Translations under genes and position numbers: made by a program
The notes under the pieces: generated by a model
Database searches by the model: none
Told to the model about the DNA's origin: nothing
The model's input: only the letters and a program-made list of their open reading frames with translations
Shown: positions 1 through 12,325 of the stretch, in pieces
Numbering within the stretch: the first letter of the stretch is position 1
Layout of the letters: every line of letters starts with the position of its first letter
Origin: the human T2T-CHM13v2.0 reference genome, Homo sapiens
Assembly (NCBI RefSeq): GCF_009914755.1
Contig: NC_060930.1
Direction: 5' to 3' (one strand)
DNA: 64,000 bases

Positions 1-281
1 TGGTGTTAGGGGGATGAGCATGCTGTTTATGAACGGAAATCATGATTTCCCTTGTAGAAAGTGAGGCTCAGATTAAATTTTAGAATATTTTCTAAATGTC
101 TTTTTCACAATCATGTACTGGGAAGGCAATTTCATACTAAACTGATTAAATAATACATTTATAATCTACAACTGTTTGCACTTACAGCTTTTTTTGTAAA
201 TATAAACTATAATTTATTGTCTATTTTATATCTGTTTTGCTGTAACATTGAAGGAAAGACCAGACTTTTAAAAAAAAAGAG

Positions 282-287
282 TTTATT
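282..287 (-). terminator. TXNDC5 polyadenylation signal AATAAA
   Basis: tttatt on + strand, about 1.6 kb downstream of the stop; followed by a U-rich run on the - strand. Confidence 0.75.
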
Positions 288-455
288 TAGAAAGTATCAT
301 AGTGTAAACAAACAAATTGTACCACTTTGATTTTCTTGGAATACAAGACTCGTGATGCAAAGCTGAAGTTGTGTGTACAAGACTCTTGACAGTTGTGCTT
401 CTCTAGGAGGTTGGGTTTTTTTAAAAAAAGAATTATCTGTGAACCATACGTGATT

Positions 456-461
456 AATAAA
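456..461 (+). terminator. Polyadenylation signal AATAAA of the + strand gene (BMP6)
   Basis: tgattAATAAAgatttcc. Confidence 0.65.
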
Positions 462-1892
462 GATTTCCTTTAAGGCAGAGGCTGGTCGAGATGCTGCTGT
501 TATCTTCTGCCTCAGACAGACAGTATAAGTGGTCTTGTTTCTAAGATTCCTACCACCAGTTACTTTGGGCCAAGTATCCACATCCCCTTGCGTATGGGAG
601 GTGGGTGAAGAGTGTTGGATGCAAAGTGGTTATTATGGGAAGTAGCTCGATGGTAAAAGGACAAACACCTATCTATCTTAGAGCTTAAGCCTGTATGTGC
701 TTATTCCCAAGGGAGATAGAGGTGTTTAATCACAAGGACAGCATGAGTTAGAGGACACTGGCATCAACAGCTGCCACAGCCGTGCACACCAGGGCCAGAG
801 CAGCCCACTGACATCTGTCTTTGGTCTTGAGATCAAATGCATCCCATTCTTCATACATTAGAAGGTCGACCTCCTTGAAGCAGACCAAGTATAGCAAGCC
901 TCTAAAAGGACTACTGAGAAACAGAATCAGAAACTCTAGAACTCTAGTTAGGGCCCTTCAGCAGGGCTGCAGAGCCTCCCTGGATACCCAGGCCTGGGAA
1001 AGCCTGTCTGGTCTTGTCACCCCAGGTGACAAATACAACTGGAATCTTTCAATGAGTTAATGAGATACTGAGAATGAGCCTCGTGGAATTTTCCATGCCT
1101 ACCCTTTCTAAGGAAGACATCCAACAGTTCATGTGGGCTCTGGCTTCGTGTTAACATGAGGAACTAAAGACATGTTTCACCCCGTGAGAAACAGAAGGAT
1201 CCCCTGAACAGTAACTGATTTGACAAGTATCGACACATAAAGTTATGGCATCAGCATTCTCTTACTCAGGCACGGTCAGAAGTAACGCTGCTTTCATCAC
1301 GGCTAACCTCTCACACTGAGAGAAGTATTCACAGCAACAGAAGCTCCAGCAGCGGCCGTGAAGGTATCTTCCAGAGGTGTGGGTTTTTGCATTTCAATCT
1401 GCTCCATGCTACGGACCAACACAGTATTGAGTCAACTGTGACCTTAAGATCAGAGGAACGTCAATACTGCCACAAGGCCACCTTTCCAGAACTCGTGGGC
1501 AGGTAAACTATGCTTTGGATGTGCTTTCTTTCACCAAAATCACTCAACTCAGGAGCCACAAATAGTCCAGCAATTTCATTTCCCTCAACGCTATTTTAGT
1601 CTCAAAGGAAACCATGTAAATTTCATCAAGAGAAGGTCAAAGGGGATATATCGCCACTGAAAATGTTTACACAGTGACCATGAGTTACACATTTACTTAG
1701 AGAAACTTAACTTAATAAAGAATCTGTAGAGTGTGTTGGCTTGGAAAACACACACACAAAGAAGATACCTCACGCTTAGTATGTTCTGCTTTCTGAACAG
1801 CCACCACTGGGAACCCAGTGGCCTCTGTGGGACTGAACTCCTAAACGCAGGGTGCGGGAGCTGGGCAGGAGAGGTGACCTCCAACTGTGTTC

Positions 1893-2015
1893 CTAAAGTT
1901 CGTCTTTCGCTTGGCTCAGGACAAAGCGGTGTAACGAGTCAAGGTCTCTGCCTCCACTGTGCTCACTGACTTTCTTCCCTCCTCGGAAAAGCAATAACGT
2001 GGGGTAGCCTCGTAC
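1893..2015 (-). CDS. TXNDC5: TXNDC5 exon 10 coding part, ends in KDEL ER-retention signal
   Basis: taag|GTA CGA GGC: [40 protein letters not shown]; 123 nt including TAG. Confidence 0.97.
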   Translation of the reverse strand, partial: VRGYPTLLLFRGGKKVSEHSGGRDLDSLHRFVLSQAKDEL

Positions 2016-2299
2016 CTTAAAACAAAAAAGAAAAAAGTTTGCAAACCAGCGGTCCAGATCACATGCAAATTGCTTCCTAAATAAAACCAGATACACTCCT
2101 ACCGTTGTGGCTGGAAAAATTCTGTGGCTAATTTTTAAAGGTGTATATTCCATTAAAACAGGAGCAGACTACTGTTTAGAAAGCACAGCCGTGGGGCTGT
2201 GTGTTCACTTCTGAATTCAAAATGACATCATTAAAGATCAGCCTCAAAGGAACGACTTTACCCTAAAGCAGACGCTTTCAGTCTTTACTGTGCACACGA

Positions 2300-2415
2300 T
2301 CACCTGCGGATCTGCTGAAGGTGCAGATTTGGATTGAGCAGGCCTGGGAGTCTGCATTTCCAATGACCTCCCTGGCGATGCCCTGGTGGTCTGCAGACCA
2401 GACCATGAGAGCAAG
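2300..2415. mobile_element. MER5A-like hAT-Charlie DNA transposon fragment
   Basis: tcacctg...tgcagatt...ggcctggga.tctgcatttc..a..ctccctgg.gat pattern; approximate ends. Confidence 0.5.
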
Positions 2416-3107
2416 ATCCTCTTGAGGATACATGTTTCAGTGGCAACTCGTTTCTAAGAATTTTAGGGCACAAAAAACAACTGGTATCTTTTAATGATAA
2501 GGAAACTATGTCTGGGTTACGTCTATTCTCCATCTAAAGGGCTCCAAAAGTGTCTGAATAACAAAGAAGAAAAAAAATGACAAATCTTCCAGGCCATCAG
2601 ACTGTGCTAACAGCTTGGAATGAAGGCAGTAGTTAACCCAAGCACAGGACCGACTTGCTGGCATGGCCCTTTCAGAAAGGAGGTTATGTTGAAATGATTC
2701 TTAGATTCAGCCACTGCATTTTATAATGCTGGCTTATGTGTGAAAAATGAGCGACTCGGGTATTTATGGCAAAGGCTACAGACCACTGGTCAATCATCAA
2801 GAGTCGCGGTGTGGGAAGCCCCACAGTCTATGGCGTGGGGTCTGTTACTTCACGGCCTTGTTACTCAGACAGCAAGGCCTGAAAACCTGCACTGAAACAT
2901 GGATACTAACTACAAAGCGGGCGAAGAAGAATGCCTTCCCTTTGAGAGAGGATCTCTTTTGCTTCTCCAAACAAACAACTCAAAGGGACATAAAAACCAC
3001 ATTGTTGAGAAGATGAGAGCAGAGTGAGTTATCGTGGTTGAGGCACAGTTCCCTTGGGATCTGCCCCCATACTGAGAGCTCCCATAAGCATCCATCCAAG
3101 TACCCAC

Positions 3108-3237
3108 CGAATACTTGCTGCAGATATTCCGTTCAGCAGTGCAGTCTACTTCGGCGATCTTGACCCCCGCCAGACCAGGGAATTCCTTTTTAGAGAGTTC
3201 CTCCCAAGTAGGAGCCAGAGTCTTACAATGACCACAC
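3108..3237 (-). CDS. TXNDC5: TXNDC5 exon 9 (CGHC active site 3)
   Basis: ttag|G TGT GGT CAT TGT: [43 protein letters not shown]; donor TCG|GTGGGT; 130 nt. Confidence 0.97.
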
Positions 3238-4009
3238 CTAAGACGAGAAAAATGGCAGCTTCGTTGAAATCCTGGGTCGAGATCATTCACCTACACTCTG
3301 CTGCCAAGACAAGCTCTGTTTCTTCTGTATGGGACAGTCAACAATTGCCTAGAAATTTGTAAAATACCAAATTCTCCCACTGGGTGCACATTAACTCTTC
3401 CTCCTCCTATCCCAAATGAAGAACCCAAAAGTTGATCCAAGGTAGACTTTCAGATAATGTGACAGAAGCAAGCCAGTCTCAAAACAAGTTGAGATTCTGA
3501 GACCATTTCCATGCCATGGTGAACTGTGCTAACTGGTTTATGAAAGCACAGGAGCAGAGGAACAGGGAACAGGGCAGATGCCACACAATTTCTAAAAGGT
3601 CACTTGAATGCCAAAGACATTTTAGATTTGATTGCTTATGGTCTCACAATTTCAAAACCATTTTAAGGCCTCCTTGGTACTTCAGCGATGTGGGGTGAGC
3701 ATCAAGGCCATGATTAAGTTTGGTTCAAACCCTCCCTTCTACCCGACTCTGTTCCCTTGTCTCTTCTGACCCCCTCCTGCCGTATGGATGGCTCCCCTTC
3801 AGCCAAAGGGGATCCTCTTTTTTGATACTTGATCTGTGGAGCTTTAGGTTTTTAAATGTTGCAAATGATTTGAAAGGCATTGCTATGGTTCGTTCAAGTC
3901 CTGTGCTTATTAACTTTTTACCCCTATGGTTAGTTTCTCAGGAACATGTGGAGTGTAACAAACAAGAAAAGTGACGCCTTTATCATGTTTAGATAAACAA
4001 TCTACTGTT

Positions 4010-4190
4010 GTCCTAACACTCTGCTTTTCCAAATGGATTGTTTTATTTGTGAAGACAAAAAGTTACTCCCATTTTTCAGCTGAGGGAACTGGGGTTCAAA
4101 GGAATTAAAGGACATCCAAGTTTACTATACAGTCATTCACGGTAAGTCTTAGAACCAAGGTTGTCTGGATCTCACACTACCTGCAATCCA
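4010..4190 (-). mobile_element. MIR fragment
   Basis: cccatttttcagctgagggaactggggttcaaagg..ttaa matches the MIR core. Confidence 0.55.
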
Positions 4191-4439
4191 TTTCTGCTCT
4201 GGTCTCCAAGACCACGTGGCATGCAGGTTCAGGAAACTGCGTAGCATACTGAATGGCTCTAACAGACTCTACTGGATTTCTCTACAAAAGAAATCCGAGT
4301 ACTTAAAAGAACCGAGGAGCAAAGCTACATCATGACACTCATTGTTTAGCCAAAAAGAAAAGCCATCTATTTGGAAAAGTGCAGATACCACAAAACTGAA
4401 TATGGCCATCATAATTTGCCTCCATTTTTATGTTTTCTC

Positions 4440-4519
4440 CAAAGTTGATATAACTTTAGCCTCATTCTCCATATATAATCAAAGTTGATATAACTGTAGC
4501 CTCATTCTCCATATATAAT
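4440..4519. repeat. 40-bp tandem duplication (2 copies, 1 mismatch)
   Basis: caaagttgatataact(t/g)tagcctcattctccatatataat x2. Confidence 0.95.
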
Positions 4520-4709
4520 TAAGGCCATTGAAGTTTAAAATATTTGAATATAGGAGCATGATAACGGTTCCTTATTTCCTACAACATGACCTACATATAA
4601 ATGTAACATGTGCCCAACATTGAGTCTGGAGGGGTGGCAGATGAGCTGAAAAACATGATGTGACTTAGTACACATGGACAAAGTAGTTTCTAATTAAACA
4701 GCCACTTAC

Positions 4710-4792
4710 CATGGAGCATAAAACTTGATGAAGGTTATTCCTTCTGCAATGGTGTCATCGAAGTTATTTTCAGTGAGTGCCAACACAGTGCC
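4710..4792 (-). CDS. TXNDC5: TXNDC5 exon 8 (start of domain 3)
   Basis: [28 protein letters not shown]; gaag acceptor, TG|GTAAGT donor; 83 nt. Too short to appear in the ORF track. Confidence 0.96.
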
Positions 4793-7456
4793 CTTCAAGG
4801 GAGGAAAAAGCCACAGTTCAAGTACATCCCTTAAAGTTGAGCAGGGCCATGCTTTGGGATTGCAGATACACGAATCAGTAATTTTTTAAAAATGCAGTTA
4901 CGTAGGCTCCAAGGTCACACAGAAATACCTACACAATCTGCATTTCATAGGCTACACACAAAGGGAGGCTGGCAGCCTCTGAAGGGCAGAGAGATCAATG
5001 CAAGTCCCTGGGTCCCAAGCCTGGGAGATGTGGTGAGGAGGTGGCTGGATACTGTACAGGGGATGAAGGTGGGGAGGGGGACTGTCTTTTGGGGATGAGG
5101 CAGGTTGAAAACTCTCCAGGGCGCTGTGGTGTGGACCAGGCAGCCCTGGGTGTCCGACACTTGAGTCTGCACCTCTAAGCCTGGAGTCTCCAGGATACCC
5201 ACTGAAGTCTCATCCTCAGCCGCTTTTCTCACTGGCCACCCTATTCTCCTAGCACCCTTTGTGACATCCTCTCTATGCAACAGAAAGAACCTAGTTACAA
5301 TAGCAAAGGCAATGATACCTGTTTTACATTGAACATAAAAATGGAAAGCAGCCTGTTCTAAGTCAATGTGAAAAACGCTGATGGAAGCTCTGGCTGGAGA
5401 ATTTAAGGGAAAGGTGCTACATGGTAGTCTGCTTTAAAGCCATTCTCCCTTGACAGTTCTTTACAGAATGACGTCTATGTGTTTCTCCAAAAATGGATCT
5501 GCGATTCTCTCCTGAGAGCAGGAATGGGATGATTTATCACGTGGCTAAGTGTACCAGGGCTGCTCCATTTGAGTCTGGCATCGAGTAACATGTCAGTGAC
5601 GGAGGCCAAGGGGGCCACTGTGGAACACTACCATCTTTATGTCCAGAAACATGACGCCACACGCACTGAAAAGACCCACTTCATGGTGGAAAACTGCATT
5701 ATAAATAGAAATGGTGCTGCGATGAAAACATCCGTGGTATATAATTATACTCAATTTGGGATGACCTTTGTAACCACCATGACACATACACTCCTCTAAC
5801 ATAAGTGGTCCTGACAACTACAAAATCAGCTGTTTACTTCTTCAACCAAAACGTCAACTTTTAAACAACACTCAGGCCATCCCCGACCTACAAGAGCCCA
5901 ACTAGGGACAGGGTTGTAGGGGTGAGGAGGCCTGGTGTGGCCCCACCAGGGAGGAGGGGTTGGTGGCCCCACTGGTTTTTCCAAATCCAAACTCCTGGCC
6001 TTCAGGCATGACTTCTACCTGAAGAGGATGACACGGGCACTCTCGTCCAGTGCAGACCTCCTGCCGCAGCCCCAGGCTCATGGTTGGAACTGCCACTGGA
6101 CACTGCCACCTACACAGCCGAAAGCCTTGAAGATCAACACCTTGAAAACCAAGCTCATCCCTTTCCTCGAGCTCTGGCCCCGCCCCTGTGCTGGGTACCA
6201 TCCTCCACCAGATATGCGGGAATCAGACTCGCCTCGGACCCTCCCTCCCTCTCCTCCGCGCTGCACAGCGGCTGGACTCCTTATGCTGGCTTTCTCCTCC
6301 TCGCCATCGCACAGTCACGGCTGCAGCATGAGGGAACTCATCATCTTTAAAGGCCTAATAGAGCAGCTTCCCACCTCCAGCACACGTGCATGCCGGTCAT
6401 TTTCCTACAACTCCAATCTGCACAGAGCCTCCGTGGGCTCCCTGTCAATATGGGATACAGTTCATAATCCTTGGCCAGCTGCCCACAGACTCTCAACTCC
6501 AGCTCCTCTCTCACTCTCAGGGATCCTACACCACACCCTGACCTGTCTCCCACTGTGTTCCCCCAGCCCCAGCTCTGGCCCTGCAGAAATGCCGGCTGAT
6601 TCTCGGGTTGTGCCTCTCCTGGTGCAGCCCCTCAGTGGCAGCCCTGCCCAGCCTATCTGTCCAGCACAGATCCCGTCAATCAGCTCTTTAGGGACACTTC
6701 TTGCCCATTTGCCCCCACTTCTCTCTAGCAGCCAAGCCCTGCACACATTTCTGCCCCAGCCCCCTGCCATTGGCTTGTGTGTCTTCTCACCATTTGCCTC
6801 AGAGACCTGTATGCTTCAGAGGCAGGAAACCGGTCTTATTTTTATTTCCTGGTGGCCTAGAACAGTGCCTGTGACATAACAAGGGCTTCATAAAGCAGAA
6901 CAAATGAATCTGAAACCTCCTGCTACCTGAGTGAAGGAAGGAAGCCCCTCAGTGCATCAGGACTGCCTAGGCAGGTTACAGCTACAGTCACTGGCCTGAT
7001 CGCTGCGGATGCCCTCTTGGCTACAGGTCTTCTAGGGGCCTTTACAACGGGTAAAGGAAAATGCCCGGAGCAAGGTCAGGAATAGAATCAGGGCCCCGGG
7101 GCCAGCAGTCGAGATTTCATAGCAGAAACATGCCCAGCAGAGTCATTCTTTAAAATGAATGAAGCGGAAAGGAAGGATTCTCTAGAGATTTTTGACACCA
7201 AATATTGTCTTGGGATTTGTCTCACATCCATTTCATGTTTTCAAAAGGAAAGCTTTTGTTTGCATTCGCCCCTGAAAGCATGTGAAAGTCGATGAAAAAT
7301 ACGTGTTGAAAACGCAACTGGAGCCAACCATCAGATGACTGTGTCCCCAAACTGTCATTTTGTCCAAAGCATTTGAGGAGGCCTCTGAGGGTGGGGAGGT
7401 GGGGGGCCGGGGGCCACGGGCCACTTATGGGGATCCCGACTCCAGCAGGCACCCAC

Positions 7457-7600
7457 CTTGTCAGCCTCGGGCTCAGCTGCCAGCACCGGGGCCTCTGAGG
7501 GCGTGACGGTCTCCGTCGCTCCAGTCTCTGTGCGCTGCAGCTGCGACTCCACGTACTCCCTCAGTGACTCCAAATCCCGCTTTCCCTTGTACTGATCCAC
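7457..7600 (-). CDS. TXNDC5: TXNDC5 exon 7
   Basis: VDQYKGKRDLESLREYVESQLQ...AEPEADK; ccag acceptor, AAG|GTGGGT donor; 144 nt. Confidence 0.96.
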
Positions 7601-8246
7601 CTGGCCGAGACACGGGCACGCGGCTGAGTGAGTCCACTGAGGTGTTCTGAATCACTTAAGCCTTCCTGCAACCCCTGCTTGCCCGGGTCAGAGCTCCCAG
7701 ATGTCTTAGCGGTGGTGCAAAGTCTGCATGTTCATATTTAGACGGGAATGTAGAGAGGATAACTGAATGCCTCGGCTTTGGTGAGAGAACTGTACAGGCC
7801 CCTCTTCCCTCCACGGGGTTACACATCATAGAAGTCTGGGGCAGAGGCCTGCCAGCAAGCCGTTGTGCTGATGGGGAACTCTGAGCTGCTGACCATCGGC
7901 CAGGGAAGGAGGGAGGGAGGCAGGCAGAACCGGACCAAGTGCAAGCCTTAGCTCTGTTCAAAGGCCTGAAGGTTTGTGTTTACGACCAGAGCACAGTTAC
8001 CCTGTGACTGTAAGATGTGGGTTATTCTAGTGATAACCTGGGCCACTGAAATGTTTCAAGGTTCATCTCCACAACCCAAATCTTATCAATTAAGAGAAAG
8101 ACGTTTGTTTCATTATACACATTTCTCCAAACCAGTGCCCTAACAATCAAGATTGGCAATTCACTGTGCCCATTAAACCACTCAGTAGCTCAGCCTGATG
8201 GGGTTAAGAGATGAAGAATTCTCAGTACTAAGAAGTGCAGACGTAC

Positions 8247-8333
8247 CTTTTTCCCATCTCGGAACCAGAGAAGAGTGGGATAGCCACGAACCTGGTTTCC
8301 GGAGCAGAGTTCATAGTGCTGTGTACAATCAAC
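8247..8333 (-). CDS. TXNDC5: TXNDC5 exon 6
   Basis: [29 protein letters not shown]; ctcag acceptor, AAG|GTACGT donor; 87 nt. Confidence 0.97.
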
Positions 8334-9489
8334 CTGAGAATAAAAGCAGATCAACTTCCCAGTCAGTTTCTTCATGAACCTTCTTGCTAATGGGGCTACT
8401 GGACACTTTGTACGTTACAAATATTCTTTTCAAAATCCACATTCTGTAGCAACTCTGCCAGCAAGGTGCAGTTTTTGAAGAGAATGTTCCTGAAAGCTAT
8501 GCTAAAACATACCTGAGCTAAAAGGAGTAAAGGAAAGACTTTAGAGGCAAGATTTATTGTATTAATAGCTCAGTTAAACATGCCGGTTTTTAGGAAGCAA
8601 CATTTTAACTCGAGCAAGTAAAGTCAGCACCTGGTAGCTGGAGTCAGGGCCCTGGCTTGACATTTGGTGGTGGTGGGAGGGGGGTTAGCCTGGCTGTCGG
8701 TGACTGGGACCCAGACCAGTTCACATGCCAGCTTAGAATTTACTCTCATGCTGAAGCTTAGAGGGTTTTAAAATCAACAGGGAGCAAGAAATGAATTTTA
8801 AACAGGAGTAGTTGGTATATAATAAAGGTAAGACTGCAAAGATGTCAAGATTATAATCCGTCCTTAATTTTATAAACTTAATTTACCAACAAGCACAGCT
8901 CTTCAAGCTTTTTCTTTCATTTAAATCTCATAAAGCTGCTGCTTGCCCAACATTTTCATGAAACATCTTGTTCTAAGTCATTGCTTTCTTTTTTATTTTC
9001 TACCAGCACTAAAATAGGCAGGACTAAGTTGTTATTCACTATGTCAGCAAACGGGGGTAAAAATACTATTTCAACACCTAAGACCCGTCAGAGAGCAGCT
9101 AAGGTGCGGAACTGAAGTACAAGAGGCCTCAGCCCAAGGTCGGGAGAGGACAAGCATTTTTAAGGGTCCAGTGTAACCCAGCCACATGTGCCAGGGATGA
9201 AGGGCTTCAGCGTGGTCACCTGGGCTTGTGTCTGCTCACGCCTAGGTCTGCTAGGATCCTCTATGGATATAAACCTAAAAGAATCTCCCATAAATTTTCA
9301 TACAATAATTAAGTAAGGATACAAGGAATGGGGTAAGACAGTAGACAAGATTATTTTATAATTACTTCCCCGAAATGTTCAATAAATATAAACTGATAAT
9401 AACATGTATAATTAGTATATATTATCGTAAGCGTTTAAGAGGCAACAGTGAAATATCCATTTAACTGACAACAAAAGTGATTACAATTT

Positions 9490-9670
9490 ACCAAGCATCT
9501 GCCCCATGCTAAGCATCACACTAAGCAGTGTACTTTCATCTGCCCAGACACCACACAGTAGATCTTAGCTCAGTTTTGCAAAGGGGGAGACCGAGGCGTG
9601 GAGAGGTTTTTCCCAAGGTCAGCCAGCCAGGTCTACCCAACCCCCAAGTTTATGCTTTTGACCATCTCAC
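9490..9670 (-). mobile_element. MIR fragment
   Basis: cagttttgcaaagggggagaccgaggcgtggagaggtt...cccaaggtca matches the MIR core. Confidence 0.5.
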
Positions 9671-10372
9671 CATCCCAATTAGATCATCCTGTTAACCATC
9701 ATTCAGTCCTAGACACGCAGCATTACTTTTGGATACAAATCAGCCCCATGGCAAGGTAGAAAAATGAGATTTTTAAGAAAGGAAATCTATGCATGGTGTC
9801 TGGTGGGTGCTGGAAAGTGTAGAAGAATAAAAGTGATGTCCCTGGAGCTACACTGGATATTTCCAGAAAATCCAGTTACACAGAAGTTGTCAGACACCAC
9901 TCTTGGCTTCTCTGTATAAAGTAGGAAATGCTGGAAAGAATCCCAGGCACAGTGCAAACTGAGGGAGGGTCTTCTGCGTGCTTGGGGGAGCACAGAGCCA
10001 GGGTCCTTTTAGAGAGAGCTCTTGGGTGAGGTCGAACGTGGACGGTCTCCAAGTTCGTCCAGTGAACATTCTACAAGGCTCTACCCCATCTCTTTGCAGA
10101 ACGGGCTCTGGGGCTGCCAATTCAGATTTGGCCATCTCTTCAAAATAAACAAAGCAGCCGAGGCCATAATTTATCTCTAGGCTGTGGAAAAGCCAGCAAA
10201 ACTCAAAATCAGACTGCCATCTGTGAAGGTGAAATGAATTATCAAGTGGCACACTAAATGGAATTAATAAATCAAGTTTGCGACTTTGCACACGGAATGA
10301 ATAATGGGCCACTCTGCTAATTAATCCAGCCCAAAGCAGTCCATTTCCAGTTTAATAAGGGCTTTCACTCAC

Positions 10373-10488
10373 CTTGCCAATCTTGACAGTTTCGGAATGT
10401 TCAAGGCCCAGAGCCAGCTGCTCCCAGGTTGGAGCCAGGGCTTTGCAGTGACCACACCACGGAGCGAAGAACTTGATAAAGTGGTCGC
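10373..10488 (-). CDS. TXNDC5: TXNDC5 exon 5 (CGHC active site 2)
   Basis: ccag|GC GAC CAC TTT: [38 protein letters not shown]; donor AAG|GTGAGT; 116 nt. Confidence 0.97.
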
Positions 10489-11268
10489 CTGGAGTGGAGA
10501 GCCAAGGCAGAGACGGGGGAAAGAGGAACTGTAATTTATGTCAGACCTCACTAGAGAGTTAATTGAAGAATCAGATCTTTGTCCTGCTTAGCAAATCTTA
10601 GTTCGGCATGAGCACTTTAATTGGTACAAAGGGACTCCATCAAATGTGTTTCTGTTCATGAGTTCATAACAATACTCAAAACCAAATTTGTCATCTTTGA
10701 TGGACAATCAGCAATCAACTCATTATTTGGAAAACTGTAATAAAAGGAAAGAATCAGGCATTTCTCCCACCTCTCCTATATGCACTGTACCGCTGAATAA
10801 CCAGGTGATAAATGAGGGTGAGTTTCTCTTGGTTAAAAAATGAAGGGACGCTTGAATGAGCCTCGGCACTTGGCAGCCCTAAGGAATGGACGGACCCAGG
10901 CTCTGCCTGTCATGGTCGACCACATCCCAAAGAGAGACAACTGGACGTTCTGTGCCCCCACCAGCTATGAGGTCTTCTTGTGCCCCCAAAAAACATCACA
11001 CTGAAACTGATTTTGTCCCCAGACCCAACTACCAATTTCCAGGAAACAGAGAAATCAGGGAAACATGTAGACCACACTACGGGGACACAATTAGCAAAGT
11101 CTGGACCACGGGGAGCTCTACAGGTCAAACCACCTATGTCTTCAGCAAGAAAGATAAAGAGATGTCTGGAGAACATGCAGGTTAAAAGAGCCTTAAAAGA
11201 TATATAAACACATACACATATAGAACTATAGTGCTCAGGAATGTGCACTTCAGTGCACATAAAGGAGT

Positions 11269-11621
11269 TGATATGGTTTGGCTGTGTCCCCACCCAAATC
11301 TCATCTTGAATTCCCACATGTCGTGGGAGGGACCAGGTAGGAGGTAACTGAGTCACGGGGACAGGTCTTTCCCATGCTGGTCTCGTGATAGTGAATAAGT
11401 CTCATGAGATCTGATGGTTTTAAAAACGGGAGTTTCCCTACACAAGCTCTTTTTGCCTGCTGATATCCATATAAGATGTGACTTGCTCCTCCTTGCCTTC
11501 CACCATGATTGTGAGGCTTCGCCAGCCACGTGGAACTGTGAGTTCTCCATTAAACCTCTTTCCTTTGTAAATTGCCCAGTCTCGGGTGTGTATTCATCAG
11601 CAGTGAAAACGGACTAATACA
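11269..11621 (+). mobile_element. THE1 (ERVL-MaLR) solo LTR
   Basis: TGATATGGTTTGGCTGTGTCCCCACCCAAATCTCATCTTG ... GGACTAATACA termini. Confidence 0.92.
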
Positions 11622-12287
11622 AGTGGTTTCCACAAATGTCAGGCAAGTGCCTTCTTGGAGAAGGGAGGGCGGGCTGTGCCCTGCATGGGACACGGGAAGC
11701 TGGCAGTTTTATTTCTTGAACTGGACAGTAGTTACAGTGTGACCACGCTATAAAAATTCATTAAGCCCTACATTTGTTTTCTCGATCTGTATTATATTTT
11801 ATCATGAAAAAAAGTTTAAAAAATGAAACATCACCCCCTTGGCTACGGGGAAAAAAACAAACAAACCCTCACAGCATCATTATTTGGACACAGAAGGTGT
11901 TTAGCTGTTCTACCCTGACATTGGGCTGATACCAAACTGAAAGCAGGCTGTGGCCGGGGAGAGAACTAACCAGTGGCATGTGGCCTGGCGTCTGAGCAGG
12001 ACTCTGCCACACTAAGGCTCACAGCTACTGTCTCATCAGCACAGCAACAATGCACTTGAAGAAAATGGTGAAAAACTTCCTTTAAAAGTTAACAACTTCC
12101 ATTAAAAAATGTGCAAAGCTGAAACCATGTGCAGGTGCACAGTAGATCCTGCACTGTAAGGTGGAGACAGGCTCTCTGGGAACCTAATCAGAGTACTGAT
12201 GGGAAGCCAGCAAGGGCAGGAAGCCACCATGGTACCTACACGACACAGCTGTGTGGCAGTGACCCACTTAGGGAGGCGCTGGCTAGG

Positions 12288-12325
12288 CCTGCCGGAGTCG
12301 GTCTGTCCTGCCGGAGTCGGTCCGT
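12288..12325. repeat. 19-bp tandem duplication
   Basis: cctgccggagtcggtc(t/c)gt x2. Confidence 0.9.

Larger units (their letters stand above)
1..480 (+). other. BMP6: Distal 3'UTR of the convergent neighbouring gene BMP6
   Basis: AU-rich UTR-like sequence with AATAAA at 456-461 and GU-rich sequence downstream. Identity rests on recalled BMP6/TXNDC5 tail-to-tail synteny; no BMP6 coding sequence is in the window. Confidence 0.7.
265..1892 (-). other. TXNDC5: TXNDC5 3'UTR (~1.6 kb)
   Basis: Repeat-free sequence between the stop codon and the - strand AATAAA at 282-287. Confidence 0.8.

Noticed and set aside
5935-6879. 314-aa + strand ORF antisense within intron 7
   Set aside because: GTG start, Pro/Ser/Leu-rich composition typical of C-rich non-coding DNA, no recognisable domain and no promoter evidence. 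Ribo-seq or conservation would be needed to revive it.
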